Assembly: GCA_013213825.1 (NCBI GenBank) | Contig: JABSQA010000001.1 | Location: 33,017-97,016, forward strand | DNA: 64,000 nt | Direction of reading: 5' to 3' | From: Henriciella sp. | GTDB taxonomy: Bacteria; Pseudomonadota; Alphaproteobacteria; Caulobacterales; Hyphomonadaceae | Shown: piece after piece, positions 21,772 to 30,835 of the stretch | How positions within the stretch are numbered: position 1 is the first letter of the stretch | Layout: each line of letters opens with the position of its first letter | Translations under genes and position numbers: made by a program | The notes under the pieces: generated by a model | Database searches by the model: none | Seen by the model: the letters and a program-made list of their open reading frames with translations, nothing else | Told to the model about the DNA's origin: nothing

Positions 21772-22722
21772 CTATTGATTGGCAAGCTTGTCTTGCACAA
21801 CATTCCAGAACATCGCCGCTGGATCGCGTCCTGTAAAGTCACGAACCTGTTGAACGCCAGTGGGAGAGGTGTTGTTGACCTCAGTCAGGCGTCCGCCAAT
21901 TACATCCAATCCCACTAATACTTGCCCACGGGCTTTGAGATCTGGCCCAATCGCGTGGCAAATTGCGAGATCGGCGTCACTCAGCTCGCTCGGCTCGGCC
22001 GTACCGCCGACGGCGAGATTGGACCTTGCATGGCCTTTGATCGGGATCCGATTAAAGCCGCCAACAACTTCACCATCAATCAGAATGATGCGCTTATCGC
22101 CATCCGACACCGCAGGCAAAAAAGCTTGCACAATCAGCGGTTCGCGTGTGCGGCCCAAGAATAAATCTATCAAAGGACTGAAATTGCTATCCTCAGGTTT
22201 GACTCGAAAAACATCGCCGCCACCAAATCCATAGAGCGGTTTCACGATCACATCCTTATGATCGGCTCGGAAGGCGGCCATCTCGTCTCGATCGCGCGAG
22301 ATCAGGGTGGGGGGCATAAATTGAGGGTCAAGCAGCGGATATAGTTTTTCTGGTCCGGACCGGACATGTTCCGGATCATTCAAAACCAGCGTATCGGGCT
22401 TGAGCAGCTCGAGAATATGACAGGCGGTGATGTAAGCCATGTCGAAAGGTGGGTCTTGCCGCATGAGAACGACATCGACGTCTGCGCGCAGATCGAGCGT
22501 CACCCGATCTTTAAATAGAGCGGGCGTGCCCGTTACACGTTGGACTTTCATCGGCCGCGCAAAGGCAGTGATTTTGCCTTCGCGATAAGACAGGTTTTCT
22601 GGCTGATACTCATACAGCTGCGCGCCAATTTTTTGGGCCGCTTCAGCAATCGCGAATGTTGTATTCGAGTCGACATTCGCCGTCTCTAAGGGATCGGTTT
22701 GGATCGCAACGCGCAGGCTCAT
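21772..22722 (-). CDS. gshB: Glutathione synthetase
   Basis: LMRQDPPFDMAYIT, KPLYGFGG, DGDKRII, RSNLAVGG, LTEVNNTSPTG. Confidence 0.96.
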   Translation of the reverse strand: MSLRVAIQTDPLETANVDSNTTFAIAEAAQKIGAQLYEYQPENLSYREGKITAFARPMKVQRVTGTPALFKDRVTLDLRADVDVVLMRQDPPFDMAYITACHILELLKPDTLVLNDPEHVRSGPEKLYPLLDPQFMPPTLISRDRDEMAAFRADHKDVIVKPLYGFGGGDVFRVKPEDSNFSPLIDLFLGRTREPLIVQAFLPAVSDGDKRIILIDGEVVGGFNRIPIKGHARSNLAVGGTAEPSELSDADLAICHAIGPDLKARGQVLVGLDVIGGRLTEVNNTSPTGVQQVRDFTGRDPAAMFWNVVQDKLANQ

Positions 22723-22810
22723 AACGGCTCCTCATTCTGGCAGCCGACTATATGAGGTGGATCACCTCAATTGCAAAGTCCTGAAGCGATAGAGATTTTA
22801 GCGACTATGT

Positions 22811-23461
22811 TTAGCTGCCAGGACCACCGAGCAGCTCGCCACTATCCTCGGTTTGTGGAACGCCGGGTTGATAAGCAACGATTTCTCCGCGGGCATTGCG
22901 TAGGCGCACATAGGAGACGACTTGATTGACGCCGCCGACAAGGCTCGCCTCTTCAGCGGCTTTTTCCAGCTCTTTCGCCGAGCGCGCGACGCCCAGCAGA
23001 TAAACCGTGCCACCATAGGTTTCTACATTGAAATTGTTCACTTGTACCGTGGAGGACCCTAATAAACGGGCGCGCACGCGGGTCGAGATTAACTCATCTG
23101 AAGCATTGGCGAAAAAGCCGCCCGGCGATTCAATCTTGATCTCATTTGCGACATCGTCAGCGCGCTTAACAGACCATGCAATGCTCTCCGCTTTCAAGCG
23201 CAGTTCTGGCGTTTGCACCCGGCCCGAGAGCAGCACGAGGCCCGCGGCGACTTCCACATCAACTTCGCCCATCCCGCCATTGCGCAACAAACGGGTCTTG
23301 ATCTCGTTGGATACAGCTGCGTCGTCTAAGGCTTCACCAAACGACCGCTCTTGCGTAGCGGTGACCGCGGTCGCCCCGGCAGCGCCAACAATCGCTGTGG
23401 CGCATCCACTCATAGCAGGAAGCAGGGCAATAAGGCTCAGACTGGCAAATAAACGGGTCAT
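22811..23461 (-). CDS. Dual BON-domain lipoprotein (DolP/YraP-like)
   Basis: Lipobox MSGC; two BON repeats (VLLSGRV, VYLLG). Confidence 0.85.
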   Translation of the reverse strand: MTRLFASLSLIALLPAMSGCATAIVGAAGATAVTATQERSFGEALDDAAVSNEIKTRLLRNGGMGEVDVEVAAGLVLLSGRVQTPELRLKAESIAWSVKRADDVANEIKIESPGGFFANASDELISTRVRARLLGSSTVQVNNFNVETYGGTVYLLGVARSAKELEKAAEEASLVGGVNQVVSYVRLRNARGEIVAYQPGVPQTEDSGELLGGPGS

Positions 23462-23543
23462 AAAACAAGAGCTCCTCGAATCAGGGCGGCGGCAGAATCA
23501 CTGCGCGATTTAGAAGAGGGATTGGGCGAGATTACGGCATCAA

Positions 23544-23906
23544 TCAAGGTCGCCAATAATCAATAAAATGTTTCGGAAATCCTTTCGCCGGAACCGCAAT
23601 CAAATCAAATCGCCAATCCAGGGTTCGCAGAGCCGGATGTGTCGCCACCCAAATCTCTGCCGCTTGGGCAATGCGTTGCCATGTCCGCTCCGGCACAGCT
23701 TCTTGTGCGATCGCGAGCGTCGGACGTTGTTTAACTTCCACGAAAACAAGCGTTTGCCCGCGTCGCGCGATGATATCTATCTCGCCAACCGGGCGCTTAA
23801 ATCGCTGCTCGAGGAGGCGATACCCCTTAAGACGAAGCCACGTTTGGGCCGTCCACTCGGCGCGTCTTCCGCGTCTCTCTGCGTCCCGACGTGCGCGGCT
23901 ACCCAT
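23544..23906 (-). CDS. yraN: YraN family (UPF0102) nuclease-like protein
   Basis: GRRAE...GEIDIIARRG...LVFVEVKQR...WRFDLI. Confidence 0.9.
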   Translation of the reverse strand: MGSRARRDAERRGRRAEWTAQTWLRLKGYRLLEQRFKRPVGEIDIIARRGQTLVFVEVKQRPTLAIAQEAVPERTWQRIAQAAEIWVATHPALRTLDWRFDLIAVPAKGFPKHFIDYWRP

Positions 23907-24825
23907 CCTTCAAAGCAAGCGCGCGTTGATAAACATTGCGTTTTGGTAATCCGAACATTTCAGCAATTTCGTTCGAAGCTTGTTTGACGGACTGAGACTT
24001 CATGGCTTCGATGAGCGCCGCGTCTATGGTCTCTTCATCCGCCTCTTTTTCGATGGGTGGACCGACCAACACGACAATCTCGCCTTTGGGAGGGCCGTGT
24101 TCCAGATAATGGCTGGCAAGCTCTGAAAGGGAGCCTCGCCGTGTCTCTTCAAACAATTTGGTCAGCTCTCGCGCGACCGCAGCCTCGCGCGTTCTGCCCA
24201 GCGTTTCGGCCAAATCTACGAGGCAATCTGCGAGTCGCGGTCCGCTTTCGTAAAAGACCAGAGTAGAGGGCACGGTCATCAAGGCACTGGCCGCCTTTCG
24301 ACGCGCCCCAGATTTCGGTGGCAGAAAGCCACAAAACATGAACCGGTCGCTTGGCAAGCCGCTTGCGACCAGCCCGGCGAGCAGCGCCGACGCGCCGGGT
24401 AAAGGAATGACTTTGTATCCAGCATCCAAGGCGTCGCGACTGAGCTTCCAACCCGGATCTGATACCATTGGCGTCCCGGCATCGCTGACCAAAGCGATCG
24501 CAGCACCCTCACTCAGTTTTTGTAATATTTCCGGGCGCCGCTTCGCCCCATTATGGTCATGATAGGGGCTGAGTTTGGCGCGAATATTGTGGGCATCTAA
24601 AAGTCGCCGGGCGACCCGTGTGTCTTCAGCCAGGACTTCATCCACAGCGCGCAATGTCTCCAAGGCGCGAAGGGTTATGTCACCAAGGTTCCCGATCGGG
24701 GTGGCAATGATGTAAAGACCCGGTTCAAGCGCTTGCGCGGGATCGGTCCGAGATTTAGGTTCGCGGACAAGGCGATTCTGGTCGCGTCCGTCAGGTGCTG
24801 AGGAAGAAGGATTTTTTGATGACAT
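23899..24825 (-). CDS. rsmI: 16S rRNA C1402 2'-O-methyltransferase RsmI
   Basis: ATPIGNLGDITLRA, AEDTR, VSDAGTPMVSDPG, FYESGPR, ARELTKLFEE, KGEIV. Confidence 0.95.
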   Translation of the reverse strand: MSSKNPSSSAPDGRDQNRLVREPKSRTDPAQALEPGLYIIATPIGNLGDITLRALETLRAVDEVLAEDTRVARRLLDAHNIRAKLSPYHDHNGAKRRPEILQKLSEGAAIALVSDAGTPMVSDPGWKLSRDALDAGYKVIPLPGASALLAGLVASGLPSDRFMFCGFLPPKSGARRKAASALMTVPSTLVFYESGPRLADCLVDLAETLGRTREAAVARELTKLFEETRRGSLSELASHYLEHGPPKGEIVVLVGPPIEKEADEETIDAALIEAMKSQSVKQASNEIAEMFGLPKRNVYQRALALKDG

Positions 24826-26183
24826 TGCCGACAACATCGCGCGTCCGAGCGCCCCTGCCAATCCTCTTTTTTGCGGCTTTTCTGGCGCTGGCGGGCTGTG
24901 CGACCTCTTCGCCAGGCCCGGTCGGTCCGATCTCAACCGGTAATCCTCGCGTCGACCCCGTCCCTGGCGGAGAGACAGGCGATCTTAGCACTGAGCAAAT
25001 TGGCGAAGAAGGCATGGGCGACATTGTTGAAGAGGTGCCAACCGGCCCCTACACACCGCCGCATATGGAAGGTCGGGAAATCATCCGTGCCGGAGTATTG
25101 TTACCATTTTCGCATCCAAACGAACGCGTCCGGCAACAAGCAGAAGGTATGCTTGCGGGGATCGAACTGGCGCTATTTGATTTCGGCAATGAGAATGTCG
25201 TGCTGCTCCCAAAGGATACAGGTGGCTCACAGAGCCAAGCTGTGACCGCTGCGGAAGACCTTCGTGAGAATGGCGCTGATGTCGTCCTCGGTCCGCTTTT
25301 TGGCGCGAATGTCCAGCAAGTCCGTGAGGCGCTGACACCGCCGCAGGAAACCGACTTTTTCGGATTCTCAACGCAACCCGCTGAAGCACCCAATCCGATC
25401 ATCGCTTTCTCCAATGACAGGTCCGTCGCCAGTTATGGGGCTTGGCTGGCCTCCATCGCGCCGGAAGAGGAAGTCGACGCGATTGTCGAATACGCGGCTC
25501 AACGCGGCTATGACCAATTCGCCTTTTTCGGTCCGCAGAGTTCACTTGGTACGCGGATTGAGGCGGCCATGCAGCAAGCGGTGTTTGAGAATGGCGGATT
25601 TATGCTGACCACCGGTTTCTATCCGGCCTCTTCGACCAATCCGAATATCGAGGCCGAGTATTTTGCCCAAACCATTGCGCAAGCGGTCGAGCAGGGGGCG
25701 CGAATTGCCGTCTTGGTTCCGGAACGCGGCAATCGCTTGCGCCGTATCGCGCCGCTCCTCGCCTATTATGGGGTTGATACGAGACAAGTAAAAATGCTTG
25801 GCACCGGTGCTTGGAACGACCCCAATATCTGGCGCGAGCCAAGCTTAAGAGGGGCCTGGTTCCCAACGGCGCCATCGATCGACATTGCTGACTTCGAGCA
25901 GCGCTTCACACGCATGTATGGCGCCAAACCAAGCTCGCTGGCGGCGGTCGCCTATGATGCAGCGGCCTTGGTCATTGCCCTGTCCGCAGATGGAGAGCTG
26001 GCGACTGAAGAACTGATCAATCGCGACGGATTTCTCGGCGTGAATGGTCTGTTCCGGTTCCGCGATGATGGCACCGCAGAGCGGTCATTGGCAATTATGG
26101 AAATCGATCCGGATCATGTCGACGGCACCGGTGTGAAAGAAATCTTGCCGGTCTCGACCAGCTTTGATGCAACGATCGGTTAG
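24819..26183 (+). CDS. Penicillin-binding-protein activator (LpoA/LppC-like) lipoprotein, periplasmic binding protein fold
   Basis: Lipobox LAGC, GVLLPFS, AYDAAAL, GFLGVNGLFRFRDDG; AAGGA SD upstream of ATG 24819. Confidence 0.8.
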   Translation: MTLPTTSRVRAPLPILFFAAFLALAGCATSSPGPVGPISTGNPRVDPVPGGETGDLSTEQIGEEGMGDIVEEVPTGPYTPPHMEGREIIRAGVLLPFSHPNERVRQQAEGMLAGIELALFDFGNENVVLLPKDTGGSQSQAVTAAEDLRENGADVVLGPLFGANVQQVREALTPPQETDFFGFSTQPAEAPNPIIAFSNDRSVASYGAWLASIAPEEEVDAIVEYAAQRGYDQFAFFGPQSSLGTRIEAAMQQAVFENGGFMLTTGFYPASSTNPNIEAEYFAQTIAQAVEQGARIAVLVPERGNRLRRIAPLLAYYGVDTRQVKMLGTGAWNDPNIWREPSLRGAWFPTAPSIDIADFEQRFTRMYGAKPSSLAAVAYDAAALVIALSADGELATEELINRDGFLGVNGLFRFRDDGTAERSLAIMEIDPDHVDGTGVKEILPVSTSFDATIG

Positions 26184-26578
26184 GCGGTCGGGCGTTCGGG
26201 TAATCCCAGCAAACGCCGCGCGGCGATCCGGTGGGGCTCGCGGATATGGGCGCCGACGACCCCGAGCGCTGTCGCTAAGACTGTGGCATCATCGGTAAAG
26301 CCCAGACCAGTGACGACATCCGGCACCACGTCTACCGGCAAGACGAAATAGCCGAGCGCGGCGAACAGTACCAATTTCGCCTTCATCGGCGTTTCTGCAT
26401 CGATGGCGCAATAATAGGCGGCGGCCAAGTCGTCGGCGAATGGAATGCGTCCTGCCACTCGCAAAAGCTTGGGGATAAGCTTTCGCCGCGTCCGTTTTTG
26501 CTGCCTTTCCGTTGGGATAGGGAGCTTTGTCGGCACGGATTCACCGTTTTCTATGATGATTTCCGTTGGGTCAGACAT
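26180..26578 (-). CDS. YkvA/DUF1232 family membrane protein
   Basis: ALGYFVLPVDVVPD...GFTDDATVL. Confidence 0.88.
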   Translation of the reverse strand: MSDPTEIIIENGESVPTKLPIPTERQQKRTRRKLIPKLLRVAGRIPFADDLAAAYYCAIDAETPMKAKLVLFAALGYFVLPVDVVPDVVTGLGFTDDATVLATALGVVGAHIREPHRIAARRLLGLPERPTA

Positions 26579-26635
26579 TGGCCGCTCGCGCTCTTCCTTC
26601 TACATCGCCTCCAAGGATATATTGGAGGATTTCTA

Positions 26636-27415
26636 ATGGAACTCAACTCAAACATTTCAGCCGTGGTCACTGGTGGTGCGTCAGGCCTCGGCGCAGGGAC
26701 CGCACGGCTACTGGCCAGCCATGGCGTTAAATGCGCACTTTTCGATCTAAATGAGGAAAAAGGCGAAGCCGTGGCGAGCGAAATCGGCGGCGTTTTTTGC
26801 AACGTCAATGTGACCTCCGAAGAGAGCGTTGATGCAGGCTTCGCCAAGTCTCGTGCTGCGATTGGCCAAGAGCGGATTTTGATCAATTGTGCGGGCACCG
26901 GCAACGCGATCAAAACGGCCAGCCGGAACAAAGAAACCGGCGAGATCACGCATTTCCCGCTCGATAAGTTTGACCTGATTATTCAGATCAATCTGGTTGG
27001 CACGTTCCGCTGCATCGCCAAATCCGCAGCAGGCATGATGACCTTGGACCCGATTGATGGTGAGCGGGGATCAATCGTCAATACGGCCTCTGTTGCGGCG
27101 GAAGACGGTCAGATCGGCCAAGCCTCGTACTCCGCCTCCAAAGGCGGTGTGGTTGGTATGACTCTGCCCATCGCACGCGACCTGTCTCGCGAACTGATCC
27201 GCGTCAACACGATTCTACCAGGCATTTTTAATACGCCACTGCTCGCCGCGGCGCCAGAGAACGTAAAACAAGCATTGGGCGCGCAAGTGCCGAACCCAGC
27301 CCGCCTTGGCCACCCCGAAGAGTACGCCTCGCTGGCCGTTGAAATGTGCAAGAACGGGTACTTCAATGGCGAAGATGTCCGCCTTGACGGTGCGATCCGG
27401 ATGGCGCCGCGCTAA
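26636..27415 (+). CDS. SDR oxidoreductase (3-hydroxyacyl-CoA dehydrogenase type II-like)
   Basis: VTGGASGLG, NCAG, NTASVA, YSASK, NTILPG; GGAGG SD before ATG 26636. Confidence 0.9.
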   Translation: MELNSNISAVVTGGASGLGAGTARLLASHGVKCALFDLNEEKGEAVASEIGGVFCNVNVTSEESVDAGFAKSRAAIGQERILINCAGTGNAIKTASRNKETGEITHFPLDKFDLIIQINLVGTFRCIAKSAAGMMTLDPIDGERGSIVNTASVAAEDGQIGQASYSASKGGVVGMTLPIARDLSRELIRVNTILPGIFNTPLLAAAPENVKQALGAQVPNPARLGHPEEYASLAVEMCKNGYFNGEDVRLDGAIRMAPR

Positions 27416-27447
27416 GCGGTCGCTACTCTATTCCAAAGCTCAAAAGC

Positions 27448-27475
27448 CAAAGCCCGCCAGAAAGGCGGGCTTTTT
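27448..27475. terminator. Bidirectional intrinsic terminator
   Basis: AAAGCCCGCC-AGAAA-GGCGGGCTTTTT between convergent genes. Confidence 0.8.
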
Positions 27476-27514
27476 CCACTCTACGCACTCTACAGATACT
27501 CTACGCGATCCGGC

Positions 27515-28099
27515 CTATCCGTCTGGACGTACAATGCGACCGGATAAATTCATGAGTACCTCATCGGCGTTAAAAAAGGATGGATCATCAGGCGTCTCAC
27601 CCCTTCCCATAATGATTTCTGAAGTCGCTTCATAGCGCACCACTTCGCGGACATCCCAATCATCATACCAGAATGGGTCGCGATAGCCAAATGGGCCATG
27701 GAACGCAGCGCGTCGGGCATACCATCCGCGTGGATATCCCGCTAAACGTCCGCGGCGACCATAGAAACGATAATCGCAGTGGAAATGCGAATAGAATGGA
27801 TCGTAAAAGCCGGTTGCAACCAGGCGCCGATTCTCATCCGTTTCTCGCTGGACGACGCGAAAATAATCGTATCCTTCAAGGTCCGTCAGCTCCGCAGCGC
27901 GATAAAGCAAATAGGTCTCTACGGTTTTGCGATCGGTCAGGCTGTTTCCAGCAAAACTGATATTCCAACGATCGGATTCGATTTGTTGGTTGGCATAGCC
28001 TTTTGAACCGCTGGTTGCGGCTTGATAAGGCGTGGCCGTTGCGCACGCACCCAAGAGCGCCAAGGCGGCTAAGGCAGATGTGAATTTGAGTGTTGGCAT
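27515..28099 (-). CDS. CC0125/CC1285-like lipoprotein
   Basis: Lipobox LGAC, ATPYQ, ISFAGNSLT, TYLLYRAAELT; Arg/Tyr/Gly/Phe-rich insert; GGAGG SD before ATG 28099. Confidence 0.75.
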   Translation of the reverse strand: MPTLKFTSALAALALLGACATATPYQAATSGSKGYANQQIESDRWNISFAGNSLTDRKTVETYLLYRAAELTDLEGYDYFRVVQRETDENRRLVATGFYDPFYSHFHCDYRFYGRRGRLAGYPRGWYARRAAFHGPFGYRDPFWYDDWDVREVVRYEATSEIIMGRGETPDDPSFFNADEVLMNLSGRIVRPDG

Positions 28100-28272
28100 G
28101 GGTCTCAACCTCCCGATCGCAGCATTCATATCACGTTAACATACGCAACCTGAACGCAAGATAAATCGAAAATCGTGACTTGTGTCACAGTCGATTCGAG
28201 CGCGATGCGCTTAAACAACGCCCGCGGGGGAACGTATGCGGAGGCGCATAGACTTATGCGTCCGCGACGCGC

Positions 28273-28314
28273 ATGCCGGGGGGCTTTAGCTCTTGTCCCC
28301 CCGGCATTTTTTTT
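28273..28314 (+). terminator. Intrinsic terminator with plus-strand polarity between two minus-strand genes
   Basis: 11-bp stem ATGCCGGGGGG/CCCCCCGGCAT followed by a T run on the + strand. Confidence 0.6.
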
Positions 28315-29152
28315 ACTCGTCGCCTTTGAACAAGATCACTTTTTGATGTGGGAATGGAATTTCAATTCCGGCCTCATCCAAAGCTTTTTTGACCATTTCT
28401 GGCACCGTAAAGCGCACATCAAACCAGTGCTCGCCTTTCACGAACGGCCGAACCGCGAAATCGACCGAACTGTCATTCAGTGTTGAAATCACGACCACAG
28501 GTTCAGGGTCGTCCAAAATCAAAGGGTGATCGGCGAAGACCTTCTTGATCACGTCGCGGGCCTTATCGATATCAGTGTCATACGAGACACCAAAGGTTAG
28601 CTCAACACCGCGCACTTCATGATGGCTATGATTGATGATTTGCTCACCCCAGATTTTGCCATTTGGGATGATGATTTGCTGATGATCGAAGGTTCTCAAC
28701 ACAGTCGTGAAGAGCGTGATTTCTTCGACATTGCCGAAATTACCCGCGGCATCGATAAAATCGCCGACTTTGTAAGGGCGGAAAATCATCAACATTACAC
28801 CCGCAGCCAGGTTCGACATGGCGCCCTGCAAAGCCAGGCCAACCGCGAGGCCAGCCGCACCGAGCAGCGCGACGATGGAGGTCGTCTCAACGCCAAACCG
28901 GTTCAGAACGGCGATGATGACGAAGGCAAGGACCGTATAGCGCGCTAGGCTTCCGAGAAAATTGAACAGCGTATCGTCAAGCTTTTCGTGCTGCTTCCCG
29001 ATCCCGCGTACCACCGCGCCAACCCGGCCAGCGATCCAGAACCCGACAATGAGGATGACCAAAGCCAGCAACACATTCGTCGCTCCAGTAAGAATGCTGT
29101 CAGCCTGATCTTCCATGCCGAGCGGCGTTAATATCTGTTCTAAGAATTCCAT
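28313..29152 (-). CDS. mscS: Small-conductance mechanosensitive channel
   Basis: GAAGLAVGLALQG, NLAAG, RPYKVGD, IIIPNG, GIEIPFP. Confidence 0.93.
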   Translation of the reverse strand: MEFLEQILTPLGMEDQADSILTGATNVLLALVILIVGFWIAGRVGAVVRGIGKQHEKLDDTLFNFLGSLARYTVLAFVIIAVLNRFGVETTSIVALLGAAGLAVGLALQGAMSNLAAGVMLMIFRPYKVGDFIDAAGNFGNVEEITLFTTVLRTFDHQQIIIPNGKIWGEQIINHSHHEVRGVELTFGVSYDTDIDKARDVIKKVFADHPLILDDPEPVVVISTLNDSSVDFAVRPFVKGEHWFDVRFTVPEMVKKALDEAGIEIPFPHQKVILFKGDE

Positions 29153-29256
29153 GATGAACTCACCCCCTTTGTTTGTTCAATCTTGAACATTCGTAACGCA
29201 CGAATGCCCCTTTATTGTGTAAGTTGAGCAACAACGCCAAATCAAGGGGAGGTTGC

Positions 29257-30786
29257 ATGCCCATCATATCAAGAACCCTCTTGCTTTTTACGTGTCTGGT
29301 TTTGGCTGGCTGTGGCGGAAGCGGCGGTGGCAATGGTGTCACTCTGACCAATAGCGGCCCGGTTTTCAGCTCAACCGCGCAGATCAGCATTGAAGAGAAT
29401 TCGGTTGGCGTGATCTATACGGCACAAGCCAATGACGCTGATGGGGACTCTGTAACGATCAGCATTGCAGGTGGGCCGGACGCAGGTTCAGTGAGCCTCG
29501 ATGCATCCACCGGGGGCGTATCTTTCTTAATCGATCTCGATTTTGAAAATCCCGGCGACGCCAATGCCGATAATATCTATCAAATCACGCTAGAGGCACG
29601 CGATGGGCGTGGCGGTGTCGCGACCTTAGATCTTGAGATTGAGGTCACCGATCAAGTTGAAGCGATCTCGGTTCGACGGGTCGCCACAGGGCTTAATCAA
29701 CCACTTGGTCTCGTGGCTCTGCCGGATGGCACGGGCCGGGTTCTGGTGCTCGAGAAAACGGGCCGGGTGCGGATCCTGACGCCGGATACAGGCGCGATCG
29801 ACAGTGTTGATTTTCTTGATGTTTCTGCGTCGATCTCGACAGCGGGTGAACGCGGTTTGCTTGGTATGGCCTTATCGCCCAATTTTGCCAGCGATCGGCA
29901 GGTCTATGTCAATTTGATCAATCTCGCTGGCGATACGGAGCTACGCCGATTCCAGACCTTCGGCGGTACGCCTGACCAGGTGGACCCGGCGACGAGCGAT
30001 GTCATCTTGACCTTCAGCCAACCCGATTCAAATCACAATGCCGGATGGATTGGCTTTGATGCGTCGGGATTTTTGATTTTCCCTACCGGAGATGGCGGCG
30101 GATCGGGTGACCCCAGCGATTTTGCGCAAAACCCACAATCACTGCTTGGCAAGGTGTTGCGCATAGACGTCTCTGGCGACGATTTTGCCGCCGACGATAG
30201 CCGCGATTATGCGATTCCGGCGGGCAATACGTTCACAAATCCAGCGGATGGCTTGCCTGAAATCTTTGCCATCGGTCTGCGCAATCCCTTCCAATCAAGC
30301 TTCGATCCAGATAGCGGGGACTTGCTGATAGGCGATGTCGGGCAGGGGGCGATTGAGGAGATTAGCCGCCTTCCAATGACCGATAATTCCCTGAATTTCG
30401 GCTGGGCCGTGCGCGAAGGAACCGCCTTTTTCAAAGGCAGCAACCAAGCTGAGTTTACCGATCCGGTGGCTGAATATTCTCACGGTGTCGGCCCGCGTGA
30501 AGGTCGCTCCATAACCGGCGGCGTGGTCTATCAGGGCCCTGTGGAAGCGCTCCAGAATACTTATATTTTTGCCGATTTCATCAGTGACAATGTTTGGGGC
30601 ATTCCCACGACTGATCTCATCAATGGTCAAACGGTCGCCTCGAGTGAATTCATCTTACTCACGGATGATTTCACACCGGATGTCGGCAGCCTCGATTCAA
30701 TCACGGCCTTCGGCACCGATGAGGTCGGCAATCTTTACATTGTCTCACTCGGCGGCGACGTCTTTCGGCTAGAGGCGCAGAACTAA
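29257..30786 (+). CDS. Lipoprotein: cadherin-like domain plus PQQ-dependent glucose/sorbosone dehydrogenase
   Basis: Lipobox LAGC; NDADGD/LDFE cadherin pattern; GERGLLG, NHNAG, GDGG, GKVLRI, GLRNP, SITGG. Confidence 0.85.
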   Translation: MPIISRTLLLFTCLVLAGCGGSGGGNGVTLTNSGPVFSSTAQISIEENSVGVIYTAQANDADGDSVTISIAGGPDAGSVSLDASTGGVSFLIDLDFENPGDANADNIYQITLEARDGRGGVATLDLEIEVTDQVEAISVRRVATGLNQPLGLVALPDGTGRVLVLEKTGRVRILTPDTGAIDSVDFLDVSASISTAGERGLLGMALSPNFASDRQVYVNLINLAGDTELRRFQTFGGTPDQVDPATSDVILTFSQPDSNHNAGWIGFDASGFLIFPTGDGGGSGDPSDFAQNPQSLLGKVLRIDVSGDDFAADDSRDYAIPAGNTFTNPADGLPEIFAIGLRNPFQSSFDPDSGDLLIGDVGQGAIEEISRLPMTDNSLNFGWAVREGTAFFKGSNQAEFTDPVAEYSHGVGPREGRSITGGVVYQGPVEALQNTYIFADFISDNVWGIPTTDLINGQTVASSEFILLTDDFTPDVGSLDSITAFGTDEVGNLYIVSLGGDVFRLEAQN

Positions 30787-30816
30787 AAAAGGGCAGACCT
30801 GAGGCCTGCCCTTTTT
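30786..30816. terminator. Bidirectional intrinsic terminator
   Basis: AAAAAGGGCAG...CTGCCCTTTTT between convergent genes. Confidence 0.8.
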
Positions 30817-30835
30817 GATTAGAGTGGCGCGCTGC

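Noticed and set aside
28175-28486. 103-aa + strand ORF across the mscS 3' end
   Set aside because: Runs through a terminator hairpin and is antisense to mscS; no SD or motif
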